Assembly (NCBI GenBank): GCA_046728135.1
Contig: JBKPDZ010000016.1
Coordinates: 6,822-70,821 of the forward strand
Reading direction: 5' to 3'
Origin: Gemmatimonadota bacterium
GTDB taxonomy: Bacteria > Gemmatimonadota > Gemmatimonadetes > Gemmatimonadales > GWC2-71-9
Length of the DNA stretch: 64,000 nucleotides
Shown here one piece after another: positions 1 to 6,977 of the stretch (the first letter of the stretch is position 1; each line of letters starts with the position of its first letter). The position numbers and the translations under genes were made by a program. A model generated the notes under the pieces. It ran no database searches, was not told where the DNA came from, and saw only the letters and a program-made list of their open reading frames with translations.

Positions 1-256
1 CCTCGATCAAATTGAAGCCGCCCAGCACCTCCTTGGCCTCGCTAAACGGACCATCGGTGACTTTCGTGCGTCCGTTGCGGATCCGCACCGACTTCGCCCG
101 TTCCGCACCCTCGAGCATTTGAGACTCGATGAGCCGTCCATCCTGGTGGAGCTCGTCGGCGTGCGCGAGACAGTCCCGCATCATGCCATCCGTCTCGGTC
201 TGTGGCAGCGCGTCGTACAATTTCGGATCGTTGTAAATCACGAGTAAGAATTTCAC
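1..256 (-). CDS. YCII-related (DGPF) domain protein, partial (C-terminus runs off the window start)
   Basis: Own minus-strand translation from GTG at 256 gives VKFLLVIYNDPKLYDALPQTETDGMM...VTDGPFSEAKEVLGGFNLIE, which carries the DGPF..K..LGGF signature of the YCII family. GTGA overlap with the stop of the gnd-like gene. Absent from the ORF track because it has no stop in the window. Confidence 0.75.
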   Translation of the reverse strand, partial: MKFLLVIYNDPKLYDALPQTETDGMMRDCLAHADELHQDGRLIESQMLEGAERAKSVRIRNGRTKVTDGPFSEAKEVLGGFNLIE

Positions 257-1149
257 GCAGGCTCCTTGATCGCATGTCCACCAAACTCATGCCGCAGTGC
301 GGCGATCAATTTGGCACCGAACGACTCCTCCTGGCGCGACCTGAGTCGCGCGAGCAGCGACAACGTGATGACGGGCGCGGGCACGTCCAGACGCATCGCC
401 TCTTCGATCGTCCAACGTCCTTCGCCGGAGTCCTCGACGTACCCCCGAACCCCGGACAGCCGGCCGTCGCGCGCCAGCGCTCGCTCGGCGAGCTCGTTCA
501 GCCAGGAGCGCACGACGCTCCCGTGGTTCCAGAGCTTGGCGATCTGCCGCAGATCGAACTTGAAATCTTGCGAAGCATGCAGAATCTCATACCCCTCCGC
601 ATACGCTTGGAGCATGCCGTACTCGATCCCGTTGTGCACCATCTTCACATAATGCCCGGCTCCCGGAGGGCCGACGTGCGCGTAGCCTTCAGGCGCCGCC
701 AGCGTCCGAAAAATCGGCTCGCAATGCCGGAACGCCGCCGGCGAGGCGCCGACCATGAGACAATACCCGATCTCGAGGCCCCAGACACCGCCGCTCGTGC
801 CGACGTCGATGAACTCGATTCCTGTGGTCTGCAGCGCCTCGGCGCGGCGCAGCGAGTCGTGGAAATTCGAGTTGCCCCCGTCGATGACGATGTCGCCGCG
901 GGTGAGTTGCGGGGCGAGCTGCGCGATTGTGGCGTCAACCGGCGCGCCGGCAGGCAGCATCAGCCAGACCACGCGCCGGGGCGTTAGCTGCCGCGCGACA
1001 TCGGCTACGTCCGCTGCCTTCCGGACACCGGTCTGCCCCTTCACCGCCTCGGCGTTGTGGTCGTACACGATCAGCTCGTGGCCGCCCTGAATCAGCCGCC
1101 GTACCATGTTCCCGCCCATCCGACCCAATCCGATCATCGCCAATTGCAT
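253..1149 (-). CDS. gnd: 6-phosphogluconate dehydrogenase, decarboxylating, short (~300 aa) type
   Basis: ORF 253..1233 trimmed to the internal ATG (MQLAMIGLGRMGGNMVRRLIQGGHELIVYD), a Rossmann GxGxxG N-terminus. Also ...GHYVKMVHNGIEYGMLQAYAEG, typical of 6PGDH. Divergent from gntK. Confidence 0.85.
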   Translation of the reverse strand: MQLAMIGLGRMGGNMVRRLIQGGHELIVYDHNAEAVKGQTGVRKAADVADVARQLTPRRVVWLMLPAGAPVDATIAQLAPQLTRGDIVIDGGNSNFHDSLRRAEALQTTGIEFIDVGTSGGVWGLEIGYCLMVGASPAAFRHCEPIFRTLAAPEGYAHVGPPGAGHYVKMVHNGIEYGMLQAYAEGYEILHASQDFKFDLRQIAKLWNHGSVVRSWLNELAERALARDGRLSGVRGYVEDSGEGRWTIEEAMRLDVPAPVITLSLLARLRSRQEESFGAKLIAALRHEFGGHAIKEPA

Positions 1150-1225
1150 CGTGTTCGGTCTCCAAGAAGACGTCGCGGTAAGCGTAGCACCGAATCCATT
1201 CGCGGGATAGCATTGGGCCACGCTA

Positions 1226-1729
1226 ATGCACACAGGGCTCTACGTGATCATGGGCGTCTCGGGCTCCGGAAAAACTACGATCGGAGCGAAGCTCGCGCGC
1301 GCGCTCAATCTCGCGTTCCTCGAAGGAGACGACCTGCATCCAGCGCAAAATGTGCAGCGCATGGCGGCTGGAATCCCGCTGACCGATGACGACCGTCGCC
1401 CGTGGTTACTCGCGATCGCGGGTCAATTGCGCGATGCAAAGCGCGCGGGCATGGGTATCGTCGTCGCGTGTTCGGCGCTCAAACGCAGCTATCGTGACCT
1501 GCTGCGCGCCGTCGGGGCCGCGGACGTGCGCTTCGTCTATCTCCAGGGAACCCGCGAACTCCTCGTCGAACGCCTGGCCAACCGGCGCGACCATTTCATG
1601 CCGCCGGCCATGCTCGATAGCCAGATCACAACGCTCGAAGAGCCAACACCGGACGAGCACGCGTGGGTGTGCGATATCCGCGAGGCGCCTGACGCGATCG
1701 TCGCCGACCTGGTAAAGCGGGCGGCATGA
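1226..1729 (+). CDS. gntK: gluconokinase
   Basis: YVIMGVSGSGKTTIGAKLARALNLAFLEGDDLHP..N..KM..G.PLTDDDR.PWL is the GntK/IdnK pattern (P-loop plus gluconate-binding motif). ATGA overlap with the downstream permease. Confidence 0.9.
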   Translation: MHTGLYVIMGVSGSGKTTIGAKLARALNLAFLEGDDLHPAQNVQRMAAGIPLTDDDRRPWLLAIAGQLRDAKRAGMGIVVACSALKRSYRDLLRAVGAADVRFVYLQGTRELLVERLANRRDHFMPPAMLDSQITTLEEPTPDEHAWVCDIREAPDAIVADLVKRAA

Positions 1730-3735
1730 GACCAGACACGCTGCTGCTGCTCTACGCCTTCCTCGCGGTGATTGTGCTGATCGTCCTGATCGCGGGCTTC
1801 AAAGTCCATCCCTTCGTCGTGCTGGTCGCGGTGTCCCTTGCCCTGGGCGCGGTGGCGGGAATGCCGCTGACCGGCGCCGTGAAGGCATTCCAGGACGGCG
1901 TCGGTGGCGTGCTGGGATTTGTCGCGGTCGTGGTCGCCCTCGGCACGATGCTGGGGAAGATGATGGCGGAGTCCGGTGGCGCGACGCGCATCGCGACCAC
2001 GCTCATCGCGCTCTTCGGCCCCGCGCGAGTGCATTGGGCGATCATGGTCGTCGCGTTCATCGTCGGCATTCCCGTGTTCTTTCAAGTCGGCTTCATGCTG
2101 CTCATTCCCCTGGTATTCACGATCGCGCGCCGGACAGGACTGTCGGTGGTGAAGATTGGGATTCCGCTGGTCGCCGGGCTGTCGGTGGTCCATGGCATGG
2201 TGCCACCGCACCCGGCGGCGATGCTCGCGGTCGGTGCCTACCACGCCGACGTCGGGCGGACGATCGCCTACGCGATCCTCGTCGGGCTGCCGACCGCAGC
2301 GCTGGCCGGTCCGATCTTCGCCACATGGATCACGCCGCGGATCCAGCTTCCCGCGGAGAACCCGATGGCCACGCAGTTGTCGGGCGAAGGCACACGGGAG
2401 ATGCCGGGCTTTGCGCTCGCGCTCTTCACGGTGCTGCTCCCCGTGATCCTGATGCTCGCCGCGAGCGCCGCGGACGTTGCACTCGACACCACCAGTGCCC
2501 TCCGCGCCACAGTTGATTTCGTCGGCAGCCCGATCGTCGCACTGCTCATCGCCCTGCTCTTCTCCTTCTGGTCGCTGGGATACAAGCAGCACTTTACGCG
2601 CGATCAGATCCTCAAGTTCGCGAATGACTGCCTGGGTCCCACGGCCACAATTCTGCTGGTGATCGGCGCGGGCGGTGGCTTCAACCGTGTGCTGCTCGAG
2701 AGCGGCGTGGGCAAAGCCGTTGCGGACCTGGCCGTCGGATCGCATGCGTCGCCGCTCCTGCTCGCGTGGATCGTGGCCGCGCTGATCCGTGTGGCCACCG
2801 GCTCGGCGACCGTCGCGATGACGACGAGCGCCGGGATCGTCGCGCCGATCGCGGCCGCGTCCCCCGGCGCGAATGCCGAGCTGCTCGTGCTCGCGACGGG
2901 CGCGGGCTCGCTCGTGCTCTCGCACGTCAACGATTCGGGATTCTGGCTCATCAAGGAGTTCTTCAACATGACCGTGCCGCAGACATTGAAGACGTGGACC
3001 GTGGCCGAGACAATCATCGGCGTCGCGGGATTGGGTTTCACGCTGCTACTCAGCCTCGTGGCGGGGTGCGCGCCCCCCCGCGGACAGGATCTCACGGCTC
3101 AGGGATGGATCGACGTGACGGCGACGCTCGATCCCGCGCGCACGCCGATCTACGAGGGCGATGCGCCGCTGCGATTTGATTTTCTCAAGAACATGAAGCA
3201 GGGCGACAAGCTCACCTTGTCGGCGTACTCGCTGGGAGCGCACAGTGGGACGCACATCGACGCGCCGATGCACTTCATCGCGAATGGCGCTGCGATCGAT
3301 CAGCTGGCGCTCGCGCCGCTGATCGATGCCGCGCGCGTGATCGCAATCGCGGACAGCGTGCAGGCGATCGATGCGGCGGAGCTCAACCAGCACGAGTGGC
3401 GGGGCGCGACGCGCGTGTTGTTCCGCACCCGGAGCTCGTTGCGCGGCTGGATGGACTCGAGCTTCCACCGGAACTTCGCGTACATCGCTCCGGACGCGGC
3501 GCAGCTCCTCGCGGACGCCGGCGTCGTGCTGGTCGGCGTGGACTATATCTCCGCCGAGCAATTCGGCGCGGCGGCGCCGCGGACGCATCAGATTCTGCTG
3601 GGCCGCGGGATTCCCATCGTGGAGGGACTCGACCTGCGACCGGTGCAGGCGGGCGACTACGATCTGATCGTGTTACCGCTCAAGGTCAAAGGGCACGAGG
3701 GCGCGCCGGCGCGCGCGATCGTACGCAAGCGGTAG
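1726..3735 (+). CDS. GntP-family gluconate:H+ permease fused to a C-terminal cyclase / kynurenine-formamidase-like (PF04199-type) domain
   Basis: The first ~445 aa are polytopic and GntP-like, ending ...LKTWTVAETIIGVAGLGFTLLLSLVA. There is no stop, then ~220 aa with the HxGTHxDxPxH metal motif (GAHSGTHIDAPMHF) of the cyclase family. Single uninterrupted ORF of 669 aa. Confidence 0.8.
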   Translation: MRPDTLLLLYAFLAVIVLIVLIAGFKVHPFVVLVAVSLALGAVAGMPLTGAVKAFQDGVGGVLGFVAVVVALGTMLGKMMAESGGATRIATTLIALFGPARVHWAIMVVAFIVGIPVFFQVGFMLLIPLVFTIARRTGLSVVKIGIPLVAGLSVVHGMVPPHPAAMLAVGAYHADVGRTIAYAILVGLPTAALAGPIFATWITPRIQLPAENPMATQLSGEGTREMPGFALALFTVLLPVILMLAASAADVALDTTSALRATVDFVGSPIVALLIALLFSFWSLGYKQHFTRDQILKFANDCLGPTATILLVIGAGGGFNRVLLESGVGKAVADLAVGSHASPLLLAWIVAALIRVATGSATVAMTTSAGIVAPIAAASPGANAELLVLATGAGSLVLSHVNDSGFWLIKEFFNMTVPQTLKTWTVAETIIGVAGLGFTLLLSLVAGCAPPRGQDLTAQGWIDVTATLDPARTPIYEGDAPLRFDFLKNMKQGDKLTLSAYSLGAHSGTHIDAPMHFIANGAAIDQLALAPLIDAARVIAIADSVQAIDAAELNQHEWRGATRVLFRTRSSLRGWMDSSFHRNFAYIAPDAAQLLADAGVVLVGVDYISAEQFGAAAPRTHQILLGRGIPIVEGLDLRPVQAGDYDLIVLPLKVKGHEGAPARAIVRKR

Positions 3736-3736
3736 C

Positions 3737-3826
3737 TCCTAGCTGACCGGGGGCGCCGTGCTGAGCGCGGTGGCAACAAGGATCGCAGTGCGAATCGGCG
3801 CCGCGAGCTTCAGGCGCGTGTTAGGC
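3737..3826 (-). repeat. attC-like site 1 (terminal, most degenerate)
   Basis: Minus strand reads GCCTAAC-ACGCGCCTGAAGCTCGCGGCGCC...GGCGCCCCCGGTCA-GCTAGGA. The R''-like core contains the TAA stop of ORF 3821..4120. The R' core is degenerate (GCTAGGA vs GTTRRRY) and abuts the gntP stop. Confidence 0.4.
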
Positions 3827-4120
3827 CGCACGTTTCGGAGCCAACCCCAGCACGCACAAGATCACGGCCAAGGCCACTGCTGCGCCCGCTTGCCCAACGT
3901 ACCACAACCCTGCTTCCTGCATGATGGCCGCGCTGACATGTGGGTCAAGGAGATCACCGAGCTGCGTCCAAGCCACGATCGCGATGAGAGCCAGGGCTGG
4001 AAGGACCAGCCAGCGCCTAAACCGCACCGCCGCGTAGCCAATCAATCCTAGTGCAGCGGCTCCGCCCCAAATCATTCGGAGGCTGGGTTCCTTGTCGATC
4101 ACTGTGAGCATGAGGTGCAT
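3821..4120 (-). CDS. small hypothetical membrane protein (cassette ORF)
   Basis: 99 aa with three hydrophobic spans (WGGAAALGLIGYAAV, LVLPALALIAIVAW, AGAAVALAVILCVLGL). ATG lies 17 nt after the GTTAGAC core of attC-like site 2. No recognised family. Confidence 0.6.
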   Translation of the reverse strand: MHLMLTVIDKEPSLRMIWGGAAALGLIGYAAVRFRRWLVLPALALIAIVAWTQLGDLLDPHVSAAIMQEAGLWYVGQAGAAVALAVILCVLGLAPKRAA

Positions 4121-4137
4121 TGAAGGGTCTCGTGCAG

Positions 4138-4238
4138 TCTAACGGAGTGCGCCGAAGCCGCGGCGCATGCTTGAAGATTCCACAAATAGAAGACCACCAC
4201 AGCAACACGGCGCCGGCAGCTTCACGCGCGTGTTAGGC
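4138..4238 (-). repeat. attC-like site 2
   Basis: Minus strand reads GCCTAAC-ACGCG-CGTGAAGCTGCCGGCGCC...GCGCCGCGGCTTCGGCG-CACTCC-GTTAGAC. Both cores fit RYYYAAC/GTTRRRY and are mutually complementary apart from one position. The inner arms (GAAGCTGCCGGCGC / GCGCCGCGGCTTC) pair. Confidence 0.6.
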
Positions 4239-4244
4239 GCCGCC

Positions 4245-4736
4245 TCACTCCCACGCTACCCACCTGTAGACGTTGCCGTTCCAGATGAGCCACCCACGGT
4301 GATCCCGCCGCCATTCCGCGACGTAGAGTAGATCGGGGCTGAAGGTCGCATCGCGGAAAGGGTGTTGCGCAGGTTGGACACCCCAACTCCCACACGAGAG
4401 TTCGTCCGTACCGTTGCCCACCGGCCGACCGGCGCCCACGACGTGCACCGAGCGGTCCACCCCATGGATGATCACGAGGCCACAACGGAGGCCACCCCTG
4501 TCCTTGACCTCGATGGCCAGATCGAACAGGCCATCGCGATCGAAATCGCCAACGGCGTACACTGGGTTGAGCTCGGACGACAGCATGAATTGCTGATCGA
4601 GTCCAGCTGCGCGCAGCGCGCTGTCTACCCAAAGCGGGATGGCTCCGAACCTGCTGCGCGAAAGCTGAGCGTTGAGCGGGGCAGCGTGAAGCATCAGAAC
4701 TGCGACGAGAAAGGTTTTGGTCGTCATACCGGTCAT
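4245..4736 (-). CDS. secreted hypothetical protein with FG-GAP/VCBS-like DxDxDG motif (cassette ORF)
   Basis: ORF 4245..4790 trimmed to MTGMTTKTFLVAVLMLHAAPLNAQ (signal-peptide-like). Contains VGDFDRDGLFDLAIEV. Start could also be 4727. Confidence 0.6.
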   Translation of the reverse strand: MTGMTTKTFLVAVLMLHAAPLNAQLSRSRFGAIPLWVDSALRAAGLDQQFMLSSELNPVYAVGDFDRDGLFDLAIEVKDRGGLRCGLVIIHGVDRSVHVVGAGRPVGNGTDELSCGSWGVQPAQHPFRDATFSPDLLYVAEWRRDHRGWLIWNGNVYRWVAWE

Positions 4737-4770
4737 ACGTCCACGGGTCGTCCGTCGTGAAGCGCTCGTT

Positions 4771-5145
4771 TCAATACCTCCATCGTGCATCCTCTTCTCT
4801 TACTTGCTTCATGCGAAAGGCCGCAATCTTGCGAATCAGGGCCTTCGGGAGAGGCTCGTGATAAGGGAACTGAATCGTGTCGTTCCCGGTAGTGTACCTC
4901 TTTAGGTCCTTCCAGAACGGCTCCATCGCAGGATGCGTTACCATGAAGTTGAGATGTGACTTGAATGCCCTGTACGCAAAAAGAATGCGCTCCTCTTCAA
5001 ACACCGGCGATCCCCACTTCAGAGTCTCTGTGGCATTCGGCGCGACCTTCTTCAGAATTGCGCGAATCTCTCGCAAGGTCCGTCGGGCTTCCTTGGGAGC
5101 AGCCTTGATGTAATCGCTAACGGTTGTTGGCTTGGCTCTTAGCAT
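4771..5145 (-). CDS. DUF1801 (YdhG-like) domain protein (cassette ORF)
   Basis: MLRAKPTTVSDYIKAAPKEARRTLREIRAILKKVAPNATETLKWGSPVFE... is the typical DUF1801 N-terminus. Hand count over 4801-5040 gives 126/240 GC, clearly below its neighbours. Confidence 0.75.
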   Translation of the reverse strand: MLRAKPTTVSDYIKAAPKEARRTLREIRAILKKVAPNATETLKWGSPVFEEERILFAYRAFKSHLNFMVTHPAMEPFWKDLKRYTTGNDTIQFPYHEPLPKALIRKIAAFRMKQVREEDARWRY

Positions 5146-5174
5146 GAGGAGCTCGCTTGCAACCAGATCGCGCC

Positions 5175-5268
5175 GCCTACCGGGTCGCGCTTAAGCTGCG
5201 GCGCGCTGAGGAAAAAGGTGTCATTCAATATCCTACGGGCGCCGCCAGCTTCAACGCGCGTGTTAGAC
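5175..5268 (-). repeat. attC-like site 3
   Basis: Minus strand reads GTCTAAC-ACGCG-CGTTGAAGCTGGCGGCGCC...GCGCCGCAGCTTAAGCG-CGACCC-GGTAGGC. The R'' core is perfect. The R' core has one mismatch (GGTAGGC). The inner arms are complementary. Confidence 0.5.
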
Positions 5269-5337
5269 GGCTGATGGGGCATCGAACCATGCCTGGCGTC
5301 GCCGCGGTACCCGCCTAGTAGAACGACGGCATCGCGC

Positions 5338-6456
5338 CTATTCGTTTGGCGTCCACAACACCGCGCGGTTGATGAGCTGGAAGCTGGTGCTGACGCCGAC
5401 GATCTGCCCGGCGTTATTGATCCCAAACGCGCGGCTCCCCAAGTCGTTCGGCAAGGTGCCGAGGTCATGTATGCCGTTGTCGTCCCACAGGGCGGCGTCT
5501 ATGGTCAGGCCGCCGGCGTTGGGGGCAGTGACGATGGCGGTACTCTGGCCCACGATCTGCCCGCGTGCGTTGACGGCCGACGCGTCGCTGAACCCGTCCG
5601 GGCCGGTCAGCGTTCCAAGATCCACGATGCCGCTCTCGGCGGTCCAGCGGAACGCCCGAGGCAGGAACGCGTCGTTCTCGGCGAACCCCACCACGATGCC
5701 GTTCTCGTTCGCGGCCCTTGCGAATGCGCCGCCACACGGGTCGGCGGTGCCGAGCTCGCCAAGGTTTTGGAACCCTCCGCGCAGATCCGCAAGGAACGGA
5801 ATTGTGAAGCCGCAGAATTGGTTCGCCGGGGTGCTGAAGTTACTCCCACCCACGATCTGCTGCCGGTTGTTGATCCCGTGCGCCTGCGAGTTGTCGCCAA
5901 CGACGCTCACCAGGTCCGTGAGACCTTGCTTCGCCGTCCAGAGCAAGGCGTGGATCGATCCGTCCGGGAGATTACTTCTGCCGACCACTTGATCGAGGTC
6001 GTTGATACCCAGGGCGAGCCCGAATCCCCCGCCGAATGTCCCCAGGTCTTGCATCCCGCCCGCCGGCGTCCAGAAGAAGGGACGCTGCTCGCCCGAGGCC
6101 AGTGCGCTCACGCCGACCACATGACTGAGGCTGTTGATGCCATAGGCCCGGCTGAAGGTGCCACCGAGGGTGCCGAGGTCCTTCATGCCGTCGGTCGCTG
6201 TCCAGAGAAACGCGTGCGTCTCGCCCGAGGCCGTCGCGCTGGCTCCAACGACCTGTCCGGCGTCGTTGATCGCCCGCGCGTCCGCGGACGCACCCCCCAA
6301 GGTGCCGAGATCGGCAATGGTGTAGCTCGGCGTCGCCGCCGGTGCGACGTCGGCGCGTAGGCCAGATTCCGCCCGCGGTGACGTTGGTTCACTGCAACCA
6401 GGGGCTCCCAGCAATGCAACAAGCAAGGCCCGCGCGAGTAGCGTCTTGGTCATCAT
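5338..6456 (-). CDS. lipoprotein with HAF-family extracellular repeats (cassette ORF)
   Basis: MMTKTLLARALLVALLGAPGCSEP (lipobox), followed by ~8 repeats of the pattern HAFLWT...GM.DLGTLGG..S.A.GIN..GQVVG. Confidence 0.8.
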   Translation of the reverse strand: MMTKTLLARALLVALLGAPGCSEPTSPRAESGLRADVAPAATPSYTIADLGTLGGASADARAINDAGQVVGASATASGETHAFLWTATDGMKDLGTLGGTFSRAYGINSLSHVVGVSALASGEQRPFFWTPAGGMQDLGTFGGGFGLALGINDLDQVVGRSNLPDGSIHALLWTAKQGLTDLVSVVGDNSQAHGINNRQQIVGGSNFSTPANQFCGFTIPFLADLRGGFQNLGELGTADPCGGAFARAANENGIVVGFAENDAFLPRAFRWTAESGIVDLGTLTGPDGFSDASAVNARGQIVGQSTAIVTAPNAGGLTIDAALWDDNGIHDLGTLPNDLGSRAFGINNAGQIVGVSTSFQLINRAVLWTPNE

Positions 6457-6493
6457 GCTTCCCTCCGAAGTGAAAACATGCTTCCCCTACTAC

Positions 6494-6565
6494 ACACAAC
6501 AGGCGCTGACAGCTTCGAGCGCCACCCCAGATGACGGGCGCGGGCAGCTTCACCGCGTGTTAGGC
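6494..6565 (-). repeat. attC-like site 4
   Basis: Minus strand reads GCCTAAC-ACGCGGTGAAGCTGCCCGCGCC...GGCGCTCGAAGCTGTCAGCGCCT-GTTGTGT. It starts 7 nt after the cupin stop. The R' core has one mismatch. Confidence 0.5.
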
Positions 6566-6572
6566 AGCACGC

Positions 6573-6947
6573 TCACTTTGCGTAATGACTCGCGCCGAGA
6601 AAATGCAGCGATACGTAGGGTTCGTCGCCCACGACCCAACTGTCGTGTGGCTCGGCAGGAATATGAAACAACGCACCCGGCGTGAGCTCCCAAATTCGGC
6701 CATCATCGAAGGCCGCTACTGCCCTGCCCTGTAGCACGAGCCCCAAATGCTCGACACGACAACGCTCAGCGCGGACCGTCGGCCCGACATCGACCGACCA
6801 CTTCCAGCCCGGCTCATAGGTGGCGCGGCCAATGGTCATGCCCCCGATGGTGACAAGTTCAAAGCGCCCGCGCGTAAACGTGCGAACCTCGTCGGGCGCA
6901 TCGAAACGCTTGAGCACAACATCGACTGTCGGACCTTGAGAGATCAT
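6573..6947 (-). CDS. cupin domain protein (first cassette ORF)
   Basis: 124 aa. The stretch EHLGLVLQGRAVAAFDDGRIWELTPGALFHIPAEPHDSWVVGDEPYVSLHF matches the cupin two-motif beta-barrel pattern. Confidence 0.7.
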   Translation of the reverse strand: MISQGPTVDVVLKRFDAPDEVRTFTRGRFELVTIGGMTIGRATYEPGWKWSVDVGPTVRAERCRVEHLGLVLQGRAVAAFDDGRIWELTPGALFHIPAEPHDSWVVGDEPYVSLHFLGASHYAK

Positions 6948-6977
6948 AACGTGCTCTATTCTAGATAGGCGCTAGAC

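Larger units (their letters stand above)
3737..6977 (-). mobile_element. Integron-like gene-cassette array lacking an integrase in the window (CALIN-like): 4 attC-like sites, 5 ORFs
   Basis: Four conserved RYYYAAC...GTTRRRY imperfect palindromes of 72-101 bp, each after a same-strand small ORF. ORF starts lie 17-38 nt after each R'-like core. Cargo is unrelated small secreted, membrane or unknown proteins. Core genes flank both sides. Confidence 0.55.

Noticed and set aside
1537-2925. 462-aa minus-strand ORF. Similar very long ORFs occur at 12927-14237(-), 38712-40394(+), 45716-47158(+), 54102-55379(+), 56645-58099(+) and 59129-60235(+).
   Set aside because: All lie antisense to strongly recognisable genes (gntP, GMC oxidase, pilT, secY, rplB, tuf, fusA). 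They have R/H/D/G/P-rich composition with no motifs. These are the typical stop-poor shadow frames of GC-rich DNA.
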